Shown here in pieces: positions 29,489 through 38,468 of a stretch of DNA of 61,591 bases. The position numbers were made by a program, and so were the translations under genes. Under the pieces are notes generated by a model. That model was not told where the DNA came from. It ran no database searches and saw nothing but the letters and a program-made list of their open reading frames with translations. Source of the stretch: an uncultured Geobacteraceae bacterium (lineage in GTDB: Bacteria; Desulfobacterota; Desulfuromonadia; Geobacterales; Pseudopelobacteraceae); the NCBI GenBank assembly GCA_903958085.1, contig CAJBRY010000657.1:1-61591 (forward strand). The letters run 5' to 3'. Numbering within the stretch: position 1 is the first letter of the stretch; each line of letters starts with the position of its first letter.

Positions 29489-30556
29489 CTAGATGTCATA
29501 GTCTGTGCATGTCGTACAGAATTCAACCTCGGCCATGCGCCCTTCGCTGTTGAGCCGGAGGATCTCATGTCTGGCGCTGCCGTTCCAGATCTCATGCAGC
29601 GTCTGTTTCTGGACGTCACCCAGGAACAGTTCGCCGTTATAGGAGGCATCGCACAAGGTGACATGCCCATTCGAACAAATAAAGCAATCATTGCGCGAAA
29701 CCCGCAGACATGTGGTCAGCGGCTTTCTTTCCCGCTGGCCAAGCCCGAAGCTGTTGTTGGGCAGGTTTACATACTCAAGCATATTGATGCTGACAATATC
29801 CGCATACCGGTAATGTTCGGCAATAAATGCATCAACCTCGTGTTGGGTGGTTTCCTGCTCGATCATCTGGCAATGGAGAAAGGGTTTCCTTGGGAGATTT
29901 TCCTGGCCTTTCAGTTTGTAAAAGGTGTCCAGGTTATCTCGGACGGCTTTGAAATCGCCTTCAGGGATAACCGTGTTGTAGGTGGCAGCGGTAACCGCAT
30001 GCATGGAAAAATTTATGTAATCGATATTTGAATCAAGCACGCAGTGAATATTGTCTTCCGTGAAATACTGGCCGTTGGTGCTCATCCAGATGACGCCGAG
30101 ATTTTTCTTCTGGCTGATGTGCCGGATGTTTTCTCTGAACTCTGGATGCAGCAGGGATTCGCCAAGATGGTAGAGCCATATGCCCTCAATGCCGTAGGAA
30201 TCGATCTCGTCAATAACTTTCCGGTAAAGTGAACCTTCCATATCCATGCGTGGCCGCTTCAGGTTGTTTTGCGGACACATCCGGCATAGATAATTGCACT
30301 TGCTGGTCATTTCGAACAAGATCCTTCTGGGGAAGGAGATGCGTTCAAGGTACCGTGAAGATGGGGGCATTCTCCTGATCGGTACGACAACCACATTGCG
30401 TGAGGCGAGTTCCTGTGCATAAGCAAGATTGTCAGGATCTTCAACCAGCTTCAACTCCTGGGTCATCTGCACCGGCTTCATTTTCCTCAGTTCGCTGAAC
30501 TTGGGGATCGCCGGTGCTTCTATCTGGTAATATCGTGATAAATCGAAAAATTCCAT
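29489..30556 (-). CDS. Radical SAM enzyme with C-terminal SPASM/twitch-like Cys-rich domain
   Basis: CNYLCRMC (Cx3Cx2C). C-terminal CLRVSRNDCFICSNGHVTLC...FCTTCTDYD. Confidence 0.8.
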   Translation of the reverse strand: MEFFDLSRYYQIEAPAIPKFSELRKMKPVQMTQELKLVEDPDNLAYAQELASRNVVVVPIRRMPPSSRYLERISFPRRILFEMTSKCNYLCRMCPQNNLKRPRMDMEGSLYRKVIDEIDSYGIEGIWLYHLGESLLHPEFRENIRHISQKKNLGVIWMSTNGQYFTEDNIHCVLDSNIDYINFSMHAVTAATYNTVIPEGDFKAVRDNLDTFYKLKGQENLPRKPFLHCQMIEQETTQHEVDAFIAEHYRYADIVSINMLEYVNLPNNSFGLGQRERKPLTTCLRVSRNDCFICSNGHVTLCDASYNGELFLGDVQKQTLHEIWNGSARHEILRLNSEGRMAEVEFCTTCTDYDI

Positions 30557-30585
30557 TTAGTAACTCCTTCTAAATCTCTTGGAGA

Positions 30586-31473
30586 TCAGGCCGAACGGGT
30601 TGTTGCATAGACAATCACCTGCCGGCCAAGATCCAGTTCCGCCAACGCCTGGTAAAACTTGACCAGTTTCTCTTTTTTGCCATGCTTGCGCATCAGGTAT
30701 TCAAATTTCACCCGTTTGTTATGGCACGCTTTGCCCAACTCCCCATTGCCGACATACACATCAGCCATGAGCAAGAACATCTCCAGCGGGAAGGAGGCTT
30801 CACTATGAAATACAGAATAGCCGCAATCAGCAAGCAGTTTTTTGACAGAAGTCGCGCTGAAATAATTGATATGGTTTGGCGGGCAGACCCACCACTGGTT
30901 AAGGCCATACTCCTTGTCTGCAATGGCCTGAAAATCATTGAATTCATTGGGTACGTCTATGATCAGCAACCCGTCCGGTTTCAGTAGTTTGGCCTTGATA
31001 TTCTGCAATGTCGCGGCTGGATCCCGCAGATGCTCCAGCACATTGATCAAGGTAACCACATCAAAGCGTTTGTCTCCAACGCAATCAAAATCCTCGATAC
31101 CGGCATTGTGCACATCCAGACCCTTGGAGCGGGCGTACTCAACCGCTTCCGGTGCAGGCTCAAGGCCGCTCACATCGAAGCCGCGCTCACGGAAATAGAG
31201 CAAGGCCTGGGCAAAGCCGAAACCGATATCGAAAAGCGACAGTGACGAATGCCCGAAATGTTCAACGCATTTGCGGTAGATGCTTTCCCATCTGTCCGTA
31301 AAGTAATCTTCTTCCTCTTCCTGCACCTTCAGGGAAGAATCATTGAAATTCTTGTAGTCGGATGAATAGAACTCCTGCTTGTAGAATTCCTCGACCTCCT
31401 GTTGGGTAGGTACCGGGTCGGCCCTGAGGAATCCATGTTCCGGATCACTGATTATCTTGAATTTATCTGCCAT
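30586..31473 (-). CDS. Class I SAM-dependent methyltransferase
   Basis: LFDIGFGFAQ motif I, VVTLINVLEHL and LKPDGLLIIDVPN. Confidence 0.75.
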   Translation of the reverse strand: MADKFKIISDPEHGFLRADPVPTQQEVEEFYKQEFYSSDYKNFNDSSLKVQEEEEDYFTDRWESIYRKCVEHFGHSSLSLFDIGFGFAQALLYFRERGFDVSGLEPAPEAVEYARSKGLDVHNAGIEDFDCVGDKRFDVVTLINVLEHLRDPAATLQNIKAKLLKPDGLLIIDVPNEFNDFQAIADKEYGLNQWWVCPPNHINYFSATSVKKLLADCGYSVFHSEASFPLEMFLLMADVYVGNGELGKACHNKRVKFEYLMRKHGKKEKLVKFYQALAELDLGRQVIVYATTRSA

Positions 31474-31475
31474 CG

Positions 31476-32549
31476 TTATCCCCTTGGTGATTTATGGATA
31501 TTATCAGCGCAGCGTGCGACGCCGTTGCCGTCAACCAGCATCATTGCCTTGACGGATTGCTGTTTTAGCTGCTCCGGCCCCACCATGCATTCTTCCAGGG
31601 CCCGGGCAATCTGCTCAGACGTTATGGCATCTGCTTCACCCAGATAGGTCAGCGCGCCAATGCGGTGCAGGTCTCTGGTCGCTGCTATCTGGCTCGGCGA
31701 AGTTGTCATGACCAGGGAGGGGAGGCCAAGGCAGGAGCGCTCCCAGGTGGTTGTGCCTGGCGCCCCCACATACAGGTCACTGGCCGCTATCAGTTCCGCC
31801 ATGTTGTTGACCTGAATATGTAGGTCAACTTTCTCCATGTTCGAGGCCTCTGTTTTCAGCTTCTCCTGATGGGGATTATGCAAGCCCACGACAACGTCGA
31901 AAAAGAGTTCTGGATGTTTCAAATGGCCTATGGCCTGCAACACTTTGACGGTGGCATTACCGAGGTCGCTGCCGCCGAAGAAGACCAGGACGCGTCTGAC
32001 ACAGCCGTCCCGATGCCGCAGTTTTTTTCGCGCTGCGGCAAATTCATCACGCAAAAGCGCATAGGCAGGGCCTAACAGCATCTGGCATGTCGAAGGCACC
32101 AAACCAGGATAACGGTTGTCGCTGTCAGTGTAATAATTCTGGTCCAGCAGCACATCACAGTCATGGCGGCGATCGGCAAGATCGTCAATAACGAATATGT
32201 TTCGGGCAACAGGCCGCAGCGCTGATTCCCATGCATAATCCAGACGGTAATGGTCAAGCACAAGCCAGTCGATACCACCGGATTCATGCAGGTTCGTCAG
32301 ACACTGTCCGGCATCATTCTGCCAGTCTGCTTCTGGCTCCCCTACAAGACGGATGCGCACCACCGGATAACCCTTGTTTTCAACAAGGTTAATCAGGTTG
32401 CCGGGAACATCCCTGCAGAGAAAGCTTACCTGCGCCCCCCGACTTTTTAGCTCCTCGGCCAGTGTCAGGCAGCGCATGACATGCCCGCTGCCTATGCTCA
32501 GTGAGGCGTCAGCGCGGAAGCCAACGCGTATGCCTTTCAGGCGGTTCAC
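31476..32549 (-). CDS. pseG: UDP-2,4-diacetamido-2,4,6-trideoxy-beta-L-altropyranose hydrolase
   Basis: FRADASLSIGSGHVMRCLTLAEEL is the typical PseG N-terminus. GT-B-like, 357 aa. Confidence 0.8.
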   Translation of the reverse strand: MNRLKGIRVGFRADASLSIGSGHVMRCLTLAEELKSRGAQVSFLCRDVPGNLINLVENKGYPVVRIRLVGEPEADWQNDAGQCLTNLHESGGIDWLVLDHYRLDYAWESALRPVARNIFVIDDLADRRHDCDVLLDQNYYTDSDNRYPGLVPSTCQMLLGPAYALLRDEFAAARKKLRHRDGCVRRVLVFFGGSDLGNATVKVLQAIGHLKHPELFFDVVVGLHNPHQEKLKTEASNMEKVDLHIQVNNMAELIAASDLYVGAPGTTTWERSCLGLPSLVMTTSPSQIAATRDLHRIGALTYLGEADAITSEQIARALEECMVGPEQLKQQSVKAMMLVDGNGVARCADNIHKSPRG

Positions 32550-33835
32550 CGTACCTTGAAGAGAGGTTCTAGCGGCTTGCAGCGCAGATAATCCGCCATC
32601 TTCCTGTTGTCAACAGCGTCTTTCAGAATGGGCAGAACCTCATTGTACGCGTTGAGCAGCTTGGTGACGTCGTCGTCGGAATGGGCATAGTTCATGTTGT
32701 GCGAGCCCAGTGTCATAATGCCTCGGGCAAGCATCTCCTGCATGAACAAGGTCTTCAGCTCCCATACCGAATAAGGGTCGCAATCTTTCAGGATCATAAA
32801 CGACCAGACTGGGAGGCCTGCCAGATAGGCAAAATGACCGGCGTAATGCTGCTCGAGCAGTCCCGCCAAACCATCCAGCACTTTTTTCCCCTGTTTGCCG
32901 ATGGAGGCGATGACAGGTTCCCGCTGCAACTTGGTCATGGTTGCCAGCGATGCGGCCAGTGAGAGGGTTTCACCGCCAAAGGTGAAGGAGAAGAACACCT
33001 CTTCCATCAAGCGCATGATCTCCGCCTTGCCGGCCACTGCAGACAACGGATAGCCATTGGCAAGCCCCTTGCCGAAGGTGGCAAGATCGGGGGTGACTCC
33101 AAAATATTCCTGAGCGCCGCCGTTGGCGAAGCGGAAGCCTGTCACTGTTTCGTCAAAGATAAGTACGGCGCCGTTGCGGTGCGCTACATCCTGCACCTTG
33201 GAGAGGAAACCGTCGGCCGGTTCGGTAATGTTCATCGGCTCTAGGATAACCGCGGCGATCTGATCCCGATATTCCTTGAAAAGAGCGATGAGCGAATCAA
33301 TGTCATTATAGGTAAAGGTATGAGTTAGATCGCTGGTAGCCTTAGGGACGCCAAGATTGCGCGCGGTGGTGCCGATAAACCAGTCCTGCCAGCCATGATA
33401 GCCGCAGGCGGCCACCCGGTCACGGCCGGTGTAGGCCCGCGCAATCCTGACCGCACCGGCGGTGGCATCGGAACCATTCTTGCCGAAACGGACCTTCTCG
33501 GCACAGGGCACCATTTCCACTATCTTCTCAGCCACTTGTACCTCCAGGGTGTGCGGCAGCGAGAAGATTACCCCCTCCTCAAGCTGGGCCTTTACGGCGG
33601 CATTGACGTCAGGATCGCAATAGCCAAGGGTGATGGCAGCCAGCGAGTTGATAAAATCAATATATTCATTGCCGTCAATATCCCATACATGGCTTCCTTT
33701 GCCGCGGGCTATGAAATATGGCGATACCCCATACGGAAACTGCACCTTGCTTTTGCTGAAGGTTTGAGAACCGAGCGGGATCGTCTGCAGAGCCCGTTCC
33801 AGCATTTCTTCAGAGTTGTGATAGCGTTGCGACAT
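32546..33835 (-). CDS. Class III aminotransferase (glutamate-1-semialdehyde aminomutase-like)
   Basis: GKNGSDATAGAVRIAR and IFDETVTGFR..., with PLP Lys context ATFGKGLANG. 429 aa. Confidence 0.8.
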   Translation of the reverse strand: MSQRYHNSEEMLERALQTIPLGSQTFSKSKVQFPYGVSPYFIARGKGSHVWDIDGNEYIDFINSLAAITLGYCDPDVNAAVKAQLEEGVIFSLPHTLEVQVAEKIVEMVPCAEKVRFGKNGSDATAGAVRIARAYTGRDRVAACGYHGWQDWFIGTTARNLGVPKATSDLTHTFTYNDIDSLIALFKEYRDQIAAVILEPMNITEPADGFLSKVQDVAHRNGAVLIFDETVTGFRFANGGAQEYFGVTPDLATFGKGLANGYPLSAVAGKAEIMRLMEEVFFSFTFGGETLSLAASLATMTKLQREPVIASIGKQGKKVLDGLAGLLEQHYAGHFAYLAGLPVWSFMILKDCDPYSVWELKTLFMQEMLARGIMTLGSHNMNYAHSDDDVTKLLNAYNEVLPILKDAVDNRKMADYLRCKPLEPLFKVR

Positions 33836-33839
33836 GGCT

Positions 33840-34616
33840 TTATCCTTTGTGTGTAAGATTTGGCGGGATGCAATCCATCAATAATGATTTTTGCAGACCC
33901 TCATTACGGCTGAAATGGGTATTGAATGTTATGAAGTCCGGATGCTCCTTTAACCAGCAGAGGATATCGGCGGTTGTGAAGCATGGGTTGGCCGGATACA
34001 ACTCCTCGTAGATCCTGGTGATGAGCTCGAAATCAGCAGGCTCGTCAACCGTCCAGCGCAGTTCAGACAGATCATGTTCGCCTTTAAAGCTTCCCAGTTT
34101 GAAGAGGTCTGGCTGCTGGTGGATGAAAAGGGTCACGTGCTCCCGCTGGGAAGTGAGCTTTGCCTCAAGCCAGGCTTGTCCCAGACACTTGAAGCGAAAG
34201 ATCTCCACATCGAGGCCATCGGGGAAAGTCGGCTCAAGGGCGCTGCTGGTATAATCAAAGTTGCCGGCCAGATGATGTGCCACTACCTGGTCAATCAAGT
34301 CCGGGTCGGCCAGCGGACAGTCTCCGGTCAGGCGTACCACATGCTCGGGCTGATAGGACTTTGCTGCTTGGTAGAATCGCTCAAGCACATCATTGAGGCT
34401 ACCCCGAAAACAGGGAATACCCTTATCAAGACAAACCGACTCAATGGGGGTGTCACTTGCGTCACTGCTGGTAGCAACCAGCAGCTTGTCCAGGGATGTC
34501 GCGCGTTTCACTCTTTCGAGCTGCCGGAACAGCATCGGTTCACCAAGAATATTTTTCAATACCTTGCCCGGTAATCGCGATGAAGAAACCCGGGCCTGCA
34601 GGATGGCCAGGATCAT
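33840..34616 (-). CDS. SpsF-type cytidylyltransferase-family protein (possible CMP-sugar synthetase)
   Basis: MILAILQARVSSSRLPGKVLK start at ATG 34616, in ATGA overlap with the upstream GNAT stop. The 38-aa track extension is discarded. Confidence 0.7.
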   Translation of the reverse strand: MILAILQARVSSSRLPGKVLKNILGEPMLFRQLERVKRATSLDKLLVATSSDASDTPIESVCLDKGIPCFRGSLNDVLERFYQAAKSYQPEHVVRLTGDCPLADPDLIDQVVAHHLAGNFDYTSSALEPTFPDGLDVEIFRFKCLGQAWLEAKLTSQREHVTLFIHQQPDLFKLGSFKGEHDLSELRWTVDEPADFELITRIYEELYPANPCFTTADILCWLKEHPDFITFNTHFSRNEGLQKSLLMDCIPPNLTHKG

Positions 34617-35170
34617 TTTTTCACTCCTTGCCAATAGTCCTGGGCAGTGATGCCAAGAAGGACGGCATCGTACAGCACACCATTGCTCATGCCATGGGAG
34701 CGCAGGAGCCCCTCCTGCAGATATCCACATTTTTCAAAAGCTTTCATGCTTCCCAAATTAGTAGCATGGCAACCGGCTTTGATTTTGTTGAGATTCAACA
34801 TGTGAAAAGCATAGTCGGTGACCACCTGAATCGCTTCAGTGGCCAGGCCTTTTCCCCAGTAATTCTTGTCGCCGATAAAGAGGCTGATGTCAGCGTTGCG
34901 GTGGTGCCAGTTAATGGGGCCAAGCTTGATATTGCCGATATGCAGATCGTTTTCTTTTAAACAGATTGCCATAAAAGGTTCATTTTCCTTGGCATCCATC
35001 CGCTTCACAAAGTCAGCGATATTGTCGAGCGAACGGGGCACAAAACGCGTTTCCAGGAACTGGTAGATCTCCGGGTCATTGAGCCAGGAATAATAACGCT
35101 CGTTGACATCGCTCAGACGTACTTCGCGCAGGTAGATTCGTTCGCTGGAAAGATAATAGACATTGTTCAT
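34613..35170 (-). CDS. GNAT N-acetyltransferase (RimJ/RimL-like)
   Basis: YWGKGLATEA acetyl-CoA loop. 185 aa. Confidence 0.7.
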   Translation of the reverse strand: MNNVYYLSSERIYLREVRLSDVNERYYSWLNDPEIYQFLETRFVPRSLDNIADFVKRMDAKENEPFMAICLKENDLHIGNIKLGPINWHHRNADISLFIGDKNYWGKGLATEAIQVVTDYAFHMLNLNKIKAGCHATNLGSMKAFEKCGYLQEGLLRSHGMSNGVLYDAVLLGITAQDYWQGVKK

Positions 35171-35201
35171 ATCAATCTCCTGATATTTGTTAGTTTAACT
35201 G

Positions 35202-36089
35202 TTATTGCAACTTCCAGAGGGCCGGATTCACAAGCCCTTCATCAGCGCAGGCAAAGCGCTCATAACTGATGGTGTTGGCCGGAAGCGCAGTTGCTGCAGC
35301 AACAATTTGCTGCAGTTCACTGCCGGAACAGACGCCGACAATAACGTGGTCGATCTCCACGATGTCCATGACAAATTTCAATGTGGCCTGAAGCTGGGAA
35401 AACCCTTTGTTCCGGGCTTCACGGGAGAATGACTCCAGAATGCCAACGTAAGGAGCGAAGTATGGATTAAGGGCTGCTGCATCCATCAAAAGCAGGCCCT
35501 GTAAAAAGGCCGAACGGCTGTGGATTTCAACTCCCGCCTGCTTGAGCCGCTTCAGTTGGCCGCCGTTTAGTAACCGCTGGTCAAGAACATTGACCGGCAC
35601 CTGCACCAGATCCGGGGTGAAACGATGAAGTATTGCATCAAGCTGCTGCCCGGTGTAGGCGGAGAATCCCCATTTGCTGATCAGCCCCTGTTGTTTGAGT
35701 GCACAGACTCTCTCAACCAGCACCGATGACTCATCCGTCAGCAAATCATCGGCATGATGGAACATCAGGCCATGAATCGCCTCTTTTTGCAGGGACTTGA
35801 GGGAATGGAGAAATGTCTGCTCCAACCGGTCTGCCTCGGCTTTCAAATCGCCGGTAACATCAAAGCGCGGAGTTTTCGTCACAATGGCAAAATCATGCCC
35901 CAGGGAGGCAAGAGCCTGTCCGAGCACGGTTTCACTGGTGCCATACATGGAGGCGGTGTCGATGACGCTGATTCCGATGCGGGCAGCCAGATCCAGGATG
36001 TGCAGCACTTCATCAGCCGGTGTTCTGCCGGCTGTATTTGATATGCCGTAGTCCAGGCCGAACTGGACGGTGCCGAGGCCGAGTTTCAC
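35202..36089 (-). CDS. Aldo/keto reductase
   Basis: LGLGTVQFGLDYG...IDTASMYGTSE is a typical AKR N-terminus. 4-nt overlap with the pseC stop. Confidence 0.8.
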   Translation of the reverse strand: MKLGLGTVQFGLDYGISNTAGRTPADEVLHILDLAARIGISVIDTASMYGTSETVLGQALASLGHDFAIVTKTPRFDVTGDLKAEADRLEQTFLHSLKSLQKEAIHGLMFHHADDLLTDESSVLVERVCALKQQGLISKWGFSAYTGQQLDAILHRFTPDLVQVPVNVLDQRLLNGGQLKRLKQAGVEIHSRSAFLQGLLLMDAAALNPYFAPYVGILESFSREARNKGFSQLQATLKFVMDIVEIDHVIVGVCSGSELQQIVAAATALPANTISYERFACADEGLVNPALWKLQ

Positions 36090-37249
36090 TGCAGCACCCT
36101 TAACAGGGTATCAATCACATAATCTTGTTGCTCTTCAGTCAGGCCAAAATAGAGCGGCAGGCTGATGGCCTCCTGGTAATATTGCTCAGCCTGTGGGTAA
36201 TCCCCAGCCCTGAAGCCAAGCTGCTGGTAGTACGGATGGGTATGCACCGGGATATAGTGCAGGTTGACGCCTATATTTGCCTGGCGCAATTCTTCAAAAA
36301 CCTGGCGTCTGGACTTGATAATCAGTTCAAGATTGAGCCGGATGACGTAGAGGTGGTAGGCGGAATAACAGTCCGGATGCTGGTAGGGCAGGGTGAGCGG
36401 CAAAGGCGCCAAGAACCGGTCATATCGTTTTGCCAGCAGATGGCGACGCGTGACGAATTCATCCAGACGTGACATCTGGCTCACTCCGAGGATGGCCTGC
36501 ATATCGGTCATGCGGTAGTTGAAGCCCAGCGCAATCTGCTGATAATACCAGGGGCCGTCGCTTTCTCCGGCCATCAGCGCCGGGTCGCGGGTAATGCCGT
36601 GTGAACGAAGACGAACCAGCGTATCATATAGTTCTTTTTTGTTGGTCAGCACCATTCCGCCTTCACCAGTAGTGATAATCTTCACGGGATGAAAACTGAA
36701 AATAGTCATGTCAGAGAAGGCGCAGGCGCCGATTTTATGGTTGCCATAACGGCCGCCAATGGCGTGTGAGGCATCTTCAATTACCGTTACATTGTATTTG
36801 GCGGCGCATGCGGCGATTTCCGGCATCCTGCAGGACTGGCCAGCAAAATGAACCGGCACTACCACATCCGGGAGTTTGCCGGATGCTGCGGCTATTTGCA
36901 GTTTTCGGGAAAATTCAATGGTGCTCAGGTTGTATGTTTTTGGATCGATGTCAACAAAGTCAACCTCGGCACCGCAGTAAAGTCCGCAATTGGCCGAGGC
37001 AACAAAGGTGTTCGGCGATGTCCAGAGACGCTTGCCTGGGGCAAGTCCGGCTGCCAAGCAGGCGATGTGCAGGGCCGAAGTCGCGCTGTTTACCGCCACT
37101 GCATACTTGGCGCCGCAGTAATCAGCAACAGTGCTCTCGAACAATTCTATAGCGGGGCCTTGAGTCAGCCAATCGGAAGCCAAAACATCAACCACTGCCT
37201 GAATGTCTTTCTCAGAAATATTCTGCCGACCATAGGGGATAGCTTTCAT
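36086..37249 (-). CDS. pseC: UDP-4-amino-4,6-dideoxy-N-acetyl-beta-L-altrosamine transaminase
   Basis: MKAIPYGRQNISEKDI start is typical of PseC. DegT-family body with FSFHPVKIITTGEGG (PLP Lys). Confidence 0.85.
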   Translation of the reverse strand: MKAIPYGRQNISEKDIQAVVDVLASDWLTQGPAIELFESTVADYCGAKYAVAVNSATSALHIACLAAGLAPGKRLWTSPNTFVASANCGLYCGAEVDFVDIDPKTYNLSTIEFSRKLQIAAASGKLPDVVVPVHFAGQSCRMPEIAACAAKYNVTVIEDASHAIGGRYGNHKIGACAFSDMTIFSFHPVKIITTGEGGMVLTNKKELYDTLVRLRSHGITRDPALMAGESDGPWYYQQIALGFNYRMTDMQAILGVSQMSRLDEFVTRRHLLAKRYDRFLAPLPLTLPYQHPDCYSAYHLYVIRLNLELIIKSRRQVFEELRQANIGVNLHYIPVHTHPYYQQLGFRAGDYPQAEQYYQEAISLPLYFGLTEEQQDYVIDTLLRVLQ

Positions 37250-37254
37250 CTTGC

Positions 37255-38271
37255 TTAAGCCTCTACGTAAAAGTCTGGGTCAACATGCTCAGAAATCAAT
37301 GTCCTAATTTGCTCCACACTTAACCATTCGGAATTGCTGCCGCTGTTGTAGTTAAATCCCTGAGTGCAGCGTTTGCCTTTAAAAGCCTCGATAAAATCGT
37401 CAATATTCCAGAGCGGAATTGAGGGAAGAATGACGAAGTACTTCTCAAATTCAAGCGTATTAATGGAGTCTGTTGTGGTAATCATCTCTTCATGGAGTTT
37501 TTCACCAGGGCGAATACCAACGATGTTCTTTTGACATTTTGGTCCAATTGCATCAGCAATGTCGGTAATTCGATAGCTTGGAATTTTAGGGACAAAAATT
37601 TCGCCGCCCCACATGTTTTCAAGTGCGTATAGTACGAGCTCAACACCATCTTGAAGAGTTATATTAAATCTGGTCATCTGCTCGTCGGTAATTGGCAATA
37701 GACCTTCCTGTCGTTTTTCAAGGAAGAAAGGAATTACACTACCCCTACTTCCCATGACATTTCCATATCTCACGACTGAAAATTTGATGTCGCGCTTCCC
37801 TTTATAATTATTTGCAGCAACAAAAAGCTTGTCCGAACAGAGTTTTGTAGCCCCATACAGGTTTATTGGTGCTGCTGCCTTATCCGTGCTCAAGGCAACC
37901 ACCTTTTTTATCCCTTTGTCAATTGCGGACTCAATGACATTTTGAGCACCAATAATGTTGGTTTTTATGGCCTCAAACGGATTATATTCACATGCTGGAA
38001 CTTGCTTCAACGCAGCAGCATGAATAACGATGTCAATCCCCTCCAATGCCCGCATAAGACGCTCTTTGTCACGGACATCCCCAATGAAAAACCGGACTTT
38101 ACGTTCAGAACCTTCTGGCATGCATTGCGCCATTTCATATTGCTTCAACTCATCACGCGAATATACAACTAATCTCTCAATTTCAGGATACGTCTCCAGT
38201 ATAGTCGTAACAAACTTTTTCCCGAATGATCCGGTCCCGCCAGTAATAAGAATAGATTTATAATTTAACAT
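37255..38271 (-). CDS. pseB: UDP-N-acetylglucosamine 4,6-dehydratase (inverting)
   Basis: ILITGGTGSFGKKF, YGATK (YxxxK), 338 aa, immediately upstream of pseC. Confidence 0.88.
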   Translation of the reverse strand: MLNYKSILITGGTGSFGKKFVTTILETYPEIERLVVYSRDELKQYEMAQCMPEGSERKVRFFIGDVRDKERLMRALEGIDIVIHAAALKQVPACEYNPFEAIKTNIIGAQNVIESAIDKGIKKVVALSTDKAAAPINLYGATKLCSDKLFVAANNYKGKRDIKFSVVRYGNVMGSRGSVIPFFLEKRQEGLLPITDEQMTRFNITLQDGVELVLYALENMWGGEIFVPKIPSYRITDIADAIGPKCQKNIVGIRPGEKLHEEMITTTDSINTLEFEKYFVILPSIPLWNIDDFIEAFKGKRCTQGFNYNSGSNSEWLSVEQIRTLISEHVDPDFYVEA

Positions 38272-38292
38272 AATGAATATGTCTCCCTGTTA

Positions 38293-38318
38293 CATCATTT
38301 GATCTGATTTGTGAGCCA
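38293..38318 (-). repeat. Conserved leader element, copy 1 (upstream of pseB)
   Basis: Minus strand reads TGGCTCACAAATCAGATCAAATGATG. It matches 39631-39658 at about 22 of 26 positions with one 2-nt gap. Confidence 0.6.
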
Positions 38319-38363
38319 CAACTCGCGATGTCGAGATGAAATTTATTCTCACTGCCGTTTCTA

Positions 38364-38468
38364 TTATCTGTACATTGCCAGCAGAGCATCAATCAATACC
38401 TTGGCATGCCCACCGGCGCCCAGAATCAGAACTGGCGTGTTGATGAATCTAGCGCCTTTATCCCTCAT
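38364..38468 (-). pseudogene. Remnant of a NeuD/PglD-type sugar N-acetyltransferase (N-terminal 34 codons only)
   Basis: Small ORF MRDKGARFINTPVLILGAGGHAKVLIDALLAMYR*. ILGAGGHAKV is the N-terminal Rossmann-like motif of the NeuD/PglD family, normally about 200 aa. Its ATG overlaps the 3' end of hepT. Confidence 0.45.

Noticed and set aside
27157-34730. N-terminal extensions in track ORFs (pseI to 28266, the SpsF-like gene to 34730; likewise gltB to 13449 and prfA to 16788)
   Set aside because: The extensions have no family signal and create long overlaps with upstream genes. Internal ATGs restore canonical N-termini and give tight ATGA-type junctions.
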